A program made the translations under genes and the position numbers. Of a DNA stretch of 64,000 bases, positions 18,673 through 28,592 are shown in pieces. The number at the start of each line of letters is the position of its first letter. Position 1 is the stretch's first letter. Source of the stretch: an uncultured Gemmatimonadales bacterium (GTDB taxonomy: Bacteria > Gemmatimonadota > Gemmatimonadetes > Longimicrobiales > Gaopeijiaceae). A model generated the notes under the pieces. That model was given only the letters and a program-made list of their open reading frames with translations, searched no databases and was not told where the DNA came from. Location: positions 1,024,001 through 1,088,000 of the forward strand of contig CAWELD010000010.1 of the NCBI GenBank assembly GCA_963809895.1, read 5' to 3'.

Positions 18673-21600
18673 ATGCGCGTTCTGCACTCCGGGAGGCTCG
18701 CCGCCCTGGCGGGCGCCCTCCTGGCCCCGACGCTGGCGTTGGCGACGCCGGCGCGAGCTCAGCTCAGCACGCCGCTGGATTCGGCCATGTTGGCGAGCTT
18801 CCAGTGGCGCAACATCGGCCCGGCCAACATCGCCGGCCGGGTCACCGACATCGAGGGGATCGGCAGTCCTTCGAAGACCTTCTTCGTAGCCAGCGCCGGC
18901 GGGGGGATCTGGAAGACCACCAACAACGGCACGACCTTCAAGCCGGTCTTCGACGTCGGGCGCGTGGTGGCCATGGGAGATCTGGCCATCGCGCCCTCGG
19001 ACACCATGCAGGTCTGGGCGGGCACGGGTGAGGGCAACACGCGCAATTCCATCTCACCCGGCGGCGGAATCTACAAGTCCACCGACGGGGGGATGACCTG
19101 GGCGCTCATGGGCCTCGAGGAGACCCAGGTGATCGCCCGGGTCCTGGTGGATCCGCGCAATGCGGACGTGGTCTACGCGGCGGCGTTGGGCCACATCTGG
19201 GACTCGAATCCCGAGCGCGGCCTCTACAAGACCACCGACGGTGGCCGCACCTGGCAACTGAAGAAGTTCATCAGCGACAAGGCCGGATTCGCGGACATCG
19301 TCATGGATCCGCGCAATCCCGACATCCTGTTCGCATCCAGTTGGCAGCGCGTGCGCGGACCCTGGTTCCTGGACAGCGGCGGGCCCGGCAGCGGGCTGTG
19401 GAAGTCCACCGACGCCGGCGAGACCTGGACGGAGGTCGTGGGCAACGGCTTTCCCACGGCGATGAAGGGCCGGATCGGCCTCGCCATCTCTCCGTCACGC
19501 CCGGACATCATGTACGCCCTGGTCGAGGCCGAGAAGGAGACCGACGGCTCCGGCGGATCGGGCCTCTACCGCACCGACGACGCCGGCGCCACCTGGCAGA
19601 AGATGAACGACGAGAACACGCGTCCCTTCTACTACTCGCAGGTGCGTGTGGACCCGGCGAACCCCGATCGCGTCTACTGGTCGTCCACGCCCGTGCGCTA
19701 CTCCAACGACGGGGGTCGCACGGCCGGCAACGCCACCGTGGGCATCCACGTGGACCAGCACGCCATGTGGATCGACCCCAACGATCCGCAGCACTTCGTC
19801 ACCGGCAACGACGGCGGCATCGCCCAGACCTGGGATCAGGGCGGCAGCTTCGAGTTCATCAACACCTTCGCCATCGGGCAGCTCTACCACGTCTCCTTCA
19901 ACATGGACGTGCCCTACCAGGTGTGCGGAGGCCTTCAGGACAACGGCAGCTGGTGCGGACCGTCGCGGCGCGCCCGCGGTGGGATCGACAACTACATGTG
20001 GGCCACCGTAGCCGGCGGTGACGGATTCTACTCGGCGCAGCATCCCGAGCTTCCCTACCTGGTGTGGGCCGAGTCCCAGGGCGGCAACATGTCGCGCGTG
20101 GACATGCGCACCGGCCAGCGCGTGGGTCTGCAGAAGCCACAGTGGCGGGATCGCTACCTCGAGTTCGAAGACTCCATCCTGGTCATCTGGGACGACTCGA
20201 CGCACAATCCCCCGGCAGACGCCCAGCGGCGCATCGAACGGATCCGGCAGGAGCAGCAGGCGGACTCCGCCGCCCGTGAGCTGCGCTGGAACTGGGACAC
20301 GCCGTTCTTCCTGTCACCCCACGATCCCGACGTCTTCTACGCCGGTGCCAACCGTGTGCTGAAGAGCACGAAGCTCGGTGACGATCTGCGGGTGATCTCG
20401 CCGGACCTGAGCACGCAGGACCCGGGCAAGATCCATGTCTCCACGGAGACCACGGGCGGCATCACCCCCGACGTCACCGGTGCGGAGACCCACGCGACCA
20501 TCGTCACGCTGGACGAATCGCCCATCGTGCAGGGGATGCTGTTCGCCGGCACCGACGACGGCAACGTCTGGATGAGCCCCGACGACGGCGCCCGTTGGAC
20601 GCAGCTCAACGACCGCTTCACCGGCAAGGTGCCCGACAGCACCTACGTGAGCCGCATCGAGCCGTCCAGCTTCGACCGCAACCGCTTCTACGTCACCTTC
20701 GACAACCACCGCCGCAACGACTTCACACCGTACGTGTTCGTCACCGACGACGGCGGCAAGAGCTTCCGCTCCATCGCCGGCGGGCTGCCCAGCGACGGCC
20801 CCGCGTACGTGCACGTGATCCGCGAAGACCCCACCAACCCCAACCTGCTCTTCGTGGGGACCGACCTGGGGGTGTGGGTGTCCACGGACCGTGGCGGCTC
20901 CTGGCAGCGCTTCATGAGCGGGATGCCCACGGTGCCGGTGCGGGACCTGGAGATCCATCCGCGGGACCGGGAGCTGATCGCGGCCACCCACGGGCGCTCC
21001 ATCTGGATCGTGGACATCGCCCCCCTGCAGCAGATGACGGATCAGGTCATGGCACAGGGTGCCGTGCTCTTCGAGCCCGCGCCGGGACTCGAGTTCGGCG
21101 ATCGGCCCATCGGTGGCGAGTCCACCGGGCACAAGTGGTTCGAGGGTGAGAGCCGGCCCTACGGCGCCGCCATCAGCTACTATCTGCCGGCTGACGTAGA
21201 GGGCCGTCAGGTGGAGCTGACCATCACGGGGCTCCGACGGCAAGGTGTTCGGGACCGCCAACGGTGTCGGCCGAGCCGGGTTGCAGACGGCGCTGTGGAA
21301 CTTCCGGGGCGAGGCCCCCCCGGCGGCCGCGCTGTCGCCTGCCGAGCGGCGGGACAGCCTCCAGTCCGTGGCCATGATGCGGGCCGTGGCCGATTCCCTG
21401 GTGGAGCACGAGGGCGCCGACCGGCAGGAGATGGACGACGCGCTGGAGAACATGCTTTCCGGCGGAAATCGGCGCTTCCGCGGCTTCGGTGGCGGGGGCG
21501 GTGGACGAGGGGGCGCGGCTTCCGACCGGCCCGGCGAGACGCCGACGGCGCCCTTCCAGGCCGAAGGCCAGGGTCGGGGCGGCTTCGGTGGGCCAGGCGG

Positions 21601-21883
21601 CAACGCCATGCGCGATCTGCTGGGCGCGATGCGCGATCGAGGCATGGGCTTCAACGCGCTGCGTGGCCGCGGTGGCCCGAGCGCGCCCATGGCCGAGGCC
21701 GGCGTCTACACGGTTTCCATGACGGTCAACGGCAAGACGCTGAGCGTGCCGTTGGAGATCATCCGCCAGGGCGACCTGCAGCCCGACGAGTCGCCCTTCG
21801 AGATGTTCGGGGGTGCCGGCTCGTGGGACGAGCTGTTCGAGATGCTCGACGAAGGCCGGTTGGAGTTGGACGGAGGGTTCTGA
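18673..21883 (+). CDS. Secreted VPS10/sortilin-like BNR-repeat beta-propeller protein, split by a +1 indel at about 21228-21231
   Basis: Signal peptide; WRNIGP..GR, repeated Asp-boxes (KSTDGGxTW), GGLQDNGSW, RWNWDTP, ATHGRSIW. The C-terminus continues in the 21245-21883 frame. Confidence 0.88.
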
Positions 21884-21890
21884 AACAGTG

Positions 21891-21923
21891 AGGCCCGGGG
21901 TCGCGTGTCGCGGCCCCGGGCCT
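21891..21923. terminator. 15-bp GC hairpin, probably a bidirectional terminator
   Basis: AGGCCCGGGGTCGCG-TGT-CGCGGCCCCGGGCCT directly after the stop at 21883. Confidence 0.75.
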
Positions 21924-21941
21924 ACCGGCTGTCAGGTGGTG

Positions 21942-22152
21942 GCATGCCTCCTCCGTGAGAAGGTACCGACCCTTTGCTGCGGGCCCGGCACGGTGCCGGT
22001 ACACCGTGGATCCGTCCCGGTGGGGACGCCTGCCCGCGCTGCCTCCGCTCGTGCCACGCGGCCGTCTGCGTCGCCTCATTCCGAGGCTGCGGGAGCGTGA
22101 CCTCGCTCCCCTCTTGGCGGGGCCAGACCGTGGCCCACGGGGGGAAGCAGCT
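21942..22152 (-). ncRNA. Candidate structured non-coding RNA (~210 nt), family not recognised
   Basis: 5' and 3' ends pair; at least five internal helices; G-U pairs favour the minus strand; promoter-like site upstream and hairpin downstream (see findings). Confidence 0.6.
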
Positions 22153-22158
22153 AACTCA

Positions 22159-22187
22159 ATGATTGCTTCGGCAGAGCCTCCGCGCAA
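22159..22187 (-). promoter_or_regulatory. Putative sigma70-type promoter for the candidate ncRNA
   Basis: TTGCGC (22187-22182), 17-nt spacer, AATCAT (22164-22159); predicted +1 is the A at 22152. Confidence 0.5.
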
Positions 22188-22247
22188 GCTTCTCGTGGGC
22201 GTGTTTCCTGCCCCCCTCGGCGGGGTCTCCGGAGCCGTGCCGACGAC

Positions 22248-23813
22248 TCACCGGAACGGGTCGGCGCGAAGGACGTCCGGCACCGGATTGAGCGCCGCGA
22301 CGGGTGCCCATTCGCCGGGAGCGACGTGCTGGGCCGCGAACCGCCGCGGCTCGAATCCCGCCCGCGCGACGGCGGCTGCCACGTCGGTGGCGTAGAGGCT
22401 CTGGGCGGAGGTGGTCTGGATCCAGTCACCGGCCCACAGGAACGCATCGTCGGGCACGTACGCCAGCAGGGCCCCGAAGGCCGCGCGGCCGCCGATGGTG
22501 CGCAGGCGCAGCTTGCCGCCCGCCAGGTCCAGGCCGTCATCGACGCCCACGAATCGGAACGGCACCGACGCTCCGGCCCGCACCCGTTCCAGGGCGTCGG
22601 GGGTATGGGTCCAACGCCGCTCCACCAGCCGGGTGAGGAAGTCGCGTGCCGATCGGTGCGCCACCACGGTGGCGCCACGGGCCACCCAGAACCGCACGCC
22701 GCCGATGTGAGGCCAGGCGAGGTCGGTCACCACCACCACGCGGTTGGGGGCATCGGGAAAGAGCGTGGCCGCCAACGCGGAGTCTTGCCGTGCGCGCTTT
22801 TCCGAGAGGGTGGCATCGAGCACGTAGACCGTGTCACCCACCTGTACCAGGGTCTCGTTGTACGCCTGGTCCGCCAACACCACGACATGGTCGGACTGGC
22901 GCACGGTGTCCGGCGGCTGGGCACTCCACGCCGCCAGAAATACGTCCTCGGTGGCCCGGGCGGCCTCGGCGGGCACCTCCGGGATGGGGGATCGGCTCCG
23001 GGGAAGTATTTCCATGCGGCCCAGCGTCCGCTCCCGCTGGATCCCGCCATCCTCGAGCTGATGGGCCGCGCTGGGAAAGTAGCCGCCGTCGCCGGTGGCG
23101 ATCCAGGTGCTCCACAGGATCTCCTCGTGCCGCTGGCCCCAGGTGGCGTGGGGTCGGATGCGCTCGAGCTTCACGGGGAGCGCCGTGGCGAGATCCAGGA
23201 ACAGTCGGTCGGGACCGAAGGCTCCCCCGCGGCTGAGCACGATGCGCGGCAGGTCGCGGTAGTCGCACACACCCGCCACGCGCACGTCGGACGCACGACT
23301 CCAGTCCAGTAGCACGGCCCAGGGGTTCATCTCGCGTTGCGGGGCCATGGCGGCGTGGAACGACGCGGCCTCCCGCAACTGTCCCTCCACCTCCACCCAG
23401 GTCGTGCGGGCGTCGGTGACGGCGGTGCGCGGCTCCCCCGGGCCGGTCTTGGGAAAGACGCCGGTGAAGGACTCGCGTTGGACGCCCGTCCGTGGATCGT
23501 ACCAGCTCTCCGCCGACTGCAGGGCCGAGAAGAACGGCGGATACGTGCGATCCGACTGGAAGTCCATACTCTGGGTGCCCATGCTCCAGAAGTGGAACAC
23601 CCCGTCGTCCGGCACCTCCATGGAGGCGCGGGCCGCGCTCAGCCAGGCATCGGCGGATCGTGAGTCGGCGGCGGCCCGACAGGCGTCCAGGCTCTGGGCA
23701 TGTGCGGGCCGGACGGCCAGCGTGCCCAGGAGGCATGCCAGAGCGACGCGTCGGCCGGTCGCGAGTGGGGCGCGGTCGGTGGGCCGGAAGGGGCGGGAAG
23801 GGGAGGGATTCAT
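22248..23813 (-). CDS. Secreted protein with a C-terminal degenerate metallo-beta-lactamase-like domain
   Basis: GAGGAG RBS; signal ending AHA-Q; VYVLDA..VVVTDLAWPHIGGVR..GATVVAH..LLAYVP..LWAGD follows MBL-fold motif order, but HxHxDH is eroded. Confidence 0.7.
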   Translation of the reverse strand: MNPSPSRPFRPTDRAPLATGRRVALACLLGTLAVRPAHAQSLDACRAAADSRSADAWLSAARASMEVPDDGVFHFWSMGTQSMDFQSDRTYPPFFSALQSAESWYDPRTGVQRESFTGVFPKTGPGEPRTAVTDARTTWVEVEGQLREAASFHAAMAPQREMNPWAVLLDWSRASDVRVAGVCDYRDLPRIVLSRGGAFGPDRLFLDLATALPVKLERIRPHATWGQRHEEILWSTWIATGDGGYFPSAAHQLEDGGIQRERTLGRMEILPRSRSPIPEVPAEAARATEDVFLAAWSAQPPDTVRQSDHVVVLADQAYNETLVQVGDTVYVLDATLSEKRARQDSALAATLFPDAPNRVVVVTDLAWPHIGGVRFWVARGATVVAHRSARDFLTRLVERRWTHTPDALERVRAGASVPFRFVGVDDGLDLAGGKLRLRTIGGRAAFGALLAYVPDDAFLWAGDWIQTTSAQSLYATDVAAAVARAGFEPRRFAAQHVAPGEWAPVAALNPVPDVLRADPFR

Positions 23814-23926
23814 TCGGGTCTCCTCGCGTCGTCGATTCGAAGGCTGACCCGATTGTCGCGCCGTGGATCCCGTGGCGGTATCGGCCAAAAGGACGAAGCG
23901 TGCCCGCCGGACCGTGTGCCCGGGCC

Positions 23927-26521
23927 TCAGAGCAGGCCCACCGCCTCTGCTCGCGCCAGGGCCTGTATCCGGGAGCCGGCGTCGAGCTTCCGATAGAGGC
24001 GTTGCAGGTGTGTCTTGACCGTGCTCAACGACACGCCCAGCTCCCTGGCCATGGCTTTGTTGCTCATCCCCCGGGCCAGAAGGTGCAGCACATCGGCCTC
24101 CCGGGCGGTGAGCTGTGGTTGCCCGTGGAGGGAACGAGCGGACTCGGCCTCGACGGCGCGGGCCACGCGGTTGAGGTGGGCCAGGCCGTCGGGAGCGGGC
24201 CGGACTCCTTCCAGCACGGGCGCGATGTGTGCAGCCTGGTCGGCGAAGACGCGGACCCAACCCTCGGGGCGGGCCTGGTTCAGTGCGCGCTCGAGGGCCT
24301 CGACCGCGGCGTCACGGTGGCCGAGCGCTTCCAGCGCGCCGGCTTCCAGCACACCGAAGTGGACCGCGAAGGCCGAGCGACGGCCCTCCAGCGCTGCGCC
24401 GCGCGCCGCGCGGGCCAACGCCAGCGCCTCGTCGTCCCGCTCCAGGGCGAGCAACGCCTCCACCACCGTTGCGATCTCCTGAAGTCGAGCGTGGAGCTCC
24501 GACGGAGGTGATTCAGCGAGAGAGCGGGGCTCGTACCTGCGCCGTCGGAGCCAGGTGGCCACGGCGTCGAGGTCGCCGGCCGCCAGTGCGAACCCGGCGC
24601 GCACCCCGTCCAGCCATTCCCGGTTGCGGTCCGATAGGGGGGTGGTCGCCATGAGACGGCCGAGATCGTCCAGGCGGGCACGGGCCTCGTCCGGGCGATT
24701 CAGGCGGAGCAGCACCGTGGCGAGTACCCGGTAGGCGCCTGTGAGCACGCCTCGATGCTCCAGCGGCTCGGCCAGCTCCACGGCTCGGGTCAACGAGGCC
24801 TCCGACTCCTCCAGCGCGTTCCATTCATACTGCAGATACCCGAGGAATTGATGCGCCATGGCCTCGCCCACCGGTGCCGCACCGTCGTGGCTGGAGGCCA
24901 CCTGAAGGGCGCTCTCCAGCGCCTCGCGCGAGGCGTGGGAGCGGCCGAGCATCATGAGGAGCACACCGGCCATGGAGCGCCCCACGGCCGCTTCGGCCGG
25001 ACGGTCCACCCGGGCTCCGACCTGGTGGGCCAGGGCAAGGGCGTCCTCTGCCAGCTCGGGATCGCCGGTGAAGCGGAATCCGACCTGGAGCAGGCTGAGC
25101 GTCTGGAGGGCCAGGAAGGGATCCCCGGCGGGCAGGGCCCCGCGGGCGCGGCGGGCCGCGGCGGCCGTCGCCGCCACGTCGCCCCGTGACAGGGCTCCCA
25201 CGGCCCGCACCAGGTGGTCCAGGCAGCGAAGGTCGGCGCCGGCGTCGTCGGGCAGGGGGGGCAGGTCCACGCCGCCGCCGTTGCCCCGGTGATAGGCGAA
25301 CCACGCCCGCAGCCGGGTGGCCACCGGCGCGTCGCGCAGGACATTTCCGGGAATGGCCTCGAGCGTGCGCGCCAACCAGCGACTCCGACCTCGCGCCAAC
25401 AAGGGGCCCGCGTCGGCCTCCATCCAACGCAGCGCCAGGCGCGGCCGCCGCGCCGTGAGGGCGTGCTCCACCGCCGACTCGATGCGACTCTGCGCCGCAT
25501 GGTGGTGCGCCAGTTTCAGGTGCAACGAGCGCCAGTCGCCCTCCTCGTGGGTATGCAGATCCTCCGCGAGCACCTCACGGAGCAGGGGATGCAGTCGGAA
25601 GGTGTCGAGATCGGGGCCCCGGGTCACGAACCAGCCGCGAGACTCCAGCGCCTCCAGGAAGCGCGTGGGGTCGCCTTCGGGGTCGAGCAGGGTTCGGGTG
25701 GGACCGTCCAGCTCGTCGGCTACCGACAGGCGGGCGAGGCGGGCCGCCGTGGCGTCACCCAGCGCAGGCACCACCTCCTGGCGGACGAAGTCTGCCAGAA
25801 GCCCCGATGACGCCGGTTCCGAGACCAGCGCGCCGCTGCCTTCCCGGGCCAGCACCCTGAGGGCCACCGGCCAACCGCCGGACCGTGCCAGGATCTGCTC
25901 GAGGGTTTCGGCGTCCGGCTCGAGCCCGGCTCCTTCCAACAACGCGCGAGCTTCGGCCTGGTCGGCGGCGAGCTCGGCGGGCCCGATCCTGCGCAGCGCT
26001 CCAGCCACCTCCAGGCGGGCCCAGCGGAGCTCGGGCAGGGTGCGTCCGGACAGGACCAGGAGGCGCCCCCCGGGCCAGCCTCGTGTGAAGGCGTCGAGCC
26101 AGGCCGCCAGCCCGGGGTCCGGGTCCGCTTCGTGAAGCTCGTCCAGGACCAGTGCGGTGCGGGGGGCGAGGAGGTCGGCCGACCTCGCCAGGGCGGCGCC
26201 CACGGCCCGAGCCTCGGGCGAGACCGCTTCCAGCCCGGCGCGCGCGGACCCGGCGGGTGCCCCCAGCCCCTCCAGCGCCGTCGCCGTTCGCCGGGCTGCG
26301 TCGGCCCATTCGTCGCCGGGCAGGAGGGTGACCCAGCCCACGGCCTGCTTCCGGTGGTGCGCCCATCCGGCCAACGCCCAGCTCTTTCCCCATCCCCCCG
26401 CCGCCTCCACGGCCACCACCCTCACCGGCTCCGGCGCCTCCAGGAGCGTCGAGATCCGCTCCCGGTGGACGTGGACAGGCGAAAGGGGCGGTGCCGACGT
26501 CAAGGGCCTCCCCCGGTACAC
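23927..26521 (-). CDS. MalT/LAL-type large LuxR transcriptional regulator (start uncertain, 26503-26611)
   Basis: Walker A AAGGWGKS, LVLDELH, GGWPVAL, FRLHPLLRE, TPR-like region, C-terminal LTAREADVL..GMSNKAMA..TVKTHL. Confidence 0.9.
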   Translation of the reverse strand: MYRGRPLTSAPPLSPVHVHRERISTLLEAPEPVRVVAVEAAGGWGKSWALAGWAHHRKQAVGWVTLLPGDEWADAARRTATALEGLGAPAGSARAGLEAVSPEARAVGAALARSADLLAPRTALVLDELHEADPDPGLAAWLDAFTRGWPGGRLLVLSGRTLPELRWARLEVAGALRRIGPAELAADQAEARALLEGAGLEPDAETLEQILARSGGWPVALRVLAREGSGALVSEPASSGLLADFVRQEVVPALGDATAARLARLSVADELDGPTRTLLDPEGDPTRFLEALESRGWFVTRGPDLDTFRLHPLLREVLAEDLHTHEEGDWRSLHLKLAHHHAAQSRIESAVEHALTARRPRLALRWMEADAGPLLARGRSRWLARTLEAIPGNVLRDAPVATRLRAWFAYHRGNGGGVDLPPLPDDAGADLRCLDHLVRAVGALSRGDVAATAAAARRARGALPAGDPFLALQTLSLLQVGFRFTGDPELAEDALALAHQVGARVDRPAEAAVGRSMAGVLLMMLGRSHASREALESALQVASSHDGAAPVGEAMAHQFLGYLQYEWNALEESEASLTRAVELAEPLEHRGVLTGAYRVLATVLLRLNRPDEARARLDDLGRLMATTPLSDRNREWLDGVRAGFALAAGDLDAVATWLRRRRYEPRSLAESPPSELHARLQEIATVVEALLALERDDEALALARAARGAALEGRRSAFAVHFGVLEAGALEALGHRDAAVEALERALNQARPEGWVRVFADQAAHIAPVLEGVRPAPDGLAHLNRVARAVEAESARSLHGQPQLTAREADVLHLLARGMSNKAMARELGVSLSTVKTHLQRLYRKLDAGSRIQALARAEAVGLL

Positions 26522-26639
26522 GCGATCACGATCCTCCTCCCGCACGACGAAGACGCCGGTCAGGCCCGGCGCGAGGCCGCCACGATACGAGCCGGCCCGG
26601 GAGGTGGGCAACGGCGACGAGCCGGGTTCGACGCGAAGG

Positions 26640-27158
26640 TCAGCGCTCGTGACGAAAGACGGTGATGGCAGAATCTCCGACCAGATGGCGCTTGCCCCGA
26701 CCCGGTAGCGGGTGTTCCGCGCCGGTCTCCACCGTCAGCAACCCCGCCCAGGGCACCTCGCGCCAGAGCCGGACGATCCGGTCCGAAAGGCGCGAGGTGT
26801 AGGGTGGATCGCAGAGACAGAGATCGTACGCGCCGGGCTCCAGGCGCTCGATGAACGAGAGCGCGTCCATGCGGAAGATGCGGGTGCGCTCCTGGACGCG
26901 GAGCTTCGCCACGTTGGCCTTGAGCGCGTGCAGCGCCCCCGGCCCGTTCTCCACGAAATCGACGGACGCCGCTCCGCGCGAGAGGGCCTCCAGGCCCAGG
27001 GCTCCCGTGCCGGCGAAGAGCTCCAGGACGCGGGCGCCCTTGAGCTCCTTCTCCACCAGCGACATCCAGGCATCCCGCACGGGCTCGGCCGTGGGGCGCA
27101 CGCGCCCCCCGGGGGACACGAGGTCGGTACCGGCCCAGCGGCCGCGAACGATGCGCAT
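26640..27158 (-). CDS. rsmD: 16S rRNA m2G966 methyltransferase RsmD family
   Basis: MRIVRGRW, VRPT, LELFAGTGALGLEALSRGA, DPPY. Confidence 0.92.
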   Translation of the reverse strand: MRIVRGRWAGTDLVSPGGRVRPTAEPVRDAWMSLVEKELKGARVLELFAGTGALGLEALSRGAASVDFVENGPGALHALKANVAKLRVQERTRIFRMDALSFIERLEPGAYDLCLCDPPYTSRLSDRIVRLWREVPWAGLLTVETGAEHPLPGRGKRHLVGDSAITVFRHER

Positions 27159-27320
27159 GGCAGGCAGTTCCTGGGGGGCGGAGCGGTGAGCCTTCCTCTT
27201 CAACGCTACCACCGGCCGGCGGCGACTCGCCATTCTCGCGTTTAACGCTCGCCGGGGCTCGGGCCTCCCACACTCGAACAGGCGACGACGCCACGGTACT
27301 CCCTCCCACCAGGAGGCCCA

Positions 27321-28592
27321 ATGGGCATCCGGCGACGCACTCCGTTCCTGCAGACACTCCTCATGGGTCTGGCGCCGGTGGCGTTGGGGGCCTGCGCCGA
27401 TGGCGATTCCCCCGCCACGATCGGGGTGGACCTCCCGGATCCGGCCGCGGGCGCCGAGGCCTTCACCACGGCGTGCGCGGAGTGCCATGGGAGTGGCGAC
27501 GGCTTCGATCTGGCCCTCTTCGGATTCGCGGACACGACCATCGTGCGCCGGGCCGTCGCTCACGTGGACACCGCGACGGCGCTGGACATCGTGGCGCACG
27601 TGAGGAGCCTCGGCGTGGCGTCCATGGGCGAGGAGCGGCGGCCCTTCCAGCCCGCGGTCCAGCCGGTAGCCGACGACGAAGCCTTCGCCGTGGCGCTCTT
27701 CGGAGACGACGCCTGGCCGGTGATGGACGAAGGCACCCTGAGCGACATCGACCCGAGGGTGGTCGCGACGGCGGTGGCCTTCCCGCGCTGGTCCGACGAG
27801 GACAGCAACCTCGATTGGATGCCCGATGCGCCGCTACCTCCCGATCTGCTCGATGCTCGGGGTGGCATGGCCCGGGCCACGCTGGCGGGCTATTACGCGG
27901 CCCCCACCGATGACAACCTGGCCCGGACCGTCGGGTTGTTGCGCGCCCTGTCCAGAGACCCCGCCGGTGCCGGCGCCGCTTGTCGCCTGGACGAGGAGCG
28001 CCGGCTCGCGGATCCCGAAGCGTGTTTCGAGATCGACCGTTGGATCGCGGCCCTGGCGGCTCAGCACATGCTCCGCAACGGGCGTGAGCTCCAGGGGATG
28101 CCCGTCGTACGCGACGCCTTCTGGGACGTGGGCATGGCGGCGCGCCGGTCGCTGGTGTCGAACCTCGATCCGGTGGACAACGCCGAGGCCAACTGGGGCG
28201 TGTGGATGTACCTGGGGTGGACGTTCGAGCCGGGCCGGCACGCGTCGGTCTACACGGCGTCGGCGCTGACCAGGGCGGGCCTGCCTCGGCACGCGACCTT
28301 CGTAGCGCTCCGCAGTCTGGTGGCCCGTCCCCCTGGGACACCCATGCCCTTCCAGGACCTGCGCGTCGCGGCGTCGAGCGCGCCGGACCGCTGGCTGGCG
28401 ACAGCCTACGAGACCGGACTCTCGGCGCTGGAGGCTCGGGAGCGACGCGGCATGGGACCCGATGCTCCCGAGGCGCGGGCCGACGCGGCGGATGCCCTGG
28501 AGGGAGCCGCGGCCGTTCTCCGAAGGCGGCTGGGCGTCGACGCCTCGCGAACGCTGGTGGAGCGGACCCTGTCGCTGGTCAACGCGCTGTAG
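27321..28592 (+). CDS. Lipoprotein with a single c-type heme motif and an unknown helical domain
   Basis: AGGAGG RBS; lipobox LGAC; CAECH. Confidence 0.75.
   Translation: MGIRRRTPFLQTLLMGLAPVALGACADGDSPATIGVDLPDPAAGAEAFTTACAECHGSGDGFDLALFGFADTTIVRRAVAHVDTATALDIVAHVRSLGVASMGEERRPFQPAVQPVADDEAFAVALFGDDAWPVMDEGTLSDIDPRVVATAVAFPRWSDEDSNLDWMPDAPLPPDLLDARGGMARATLAGYYAAPTDDNLARTVGLLRALSRDPAGAGAACRLDEERRLADPEACFEIDRWIAALAAQHMLRNGRELQGMPVVRDAFWDVGMAARRSLVSNLDPVDNAEANWGVWMYLGWTFEPGRHASVYTASALTRAGLPRHATFVALRSLVARPPGTPMPFQDLRVAASSAPDRWLATAYETGLSALEARERRGMGPDAPEARADAADALEGAAAVLRRRLGVDASRTLVERTLSLVNAL

Noticed and set aside
22110..22175. SRP RNA (GGAAGCAGC) or a tmRNA tag (AEAIIELAA)
   Set aside because: The SRP CAGG-GNRA helix is absent; the peptide has no stop after LAA and there are no tRNA-like ends.
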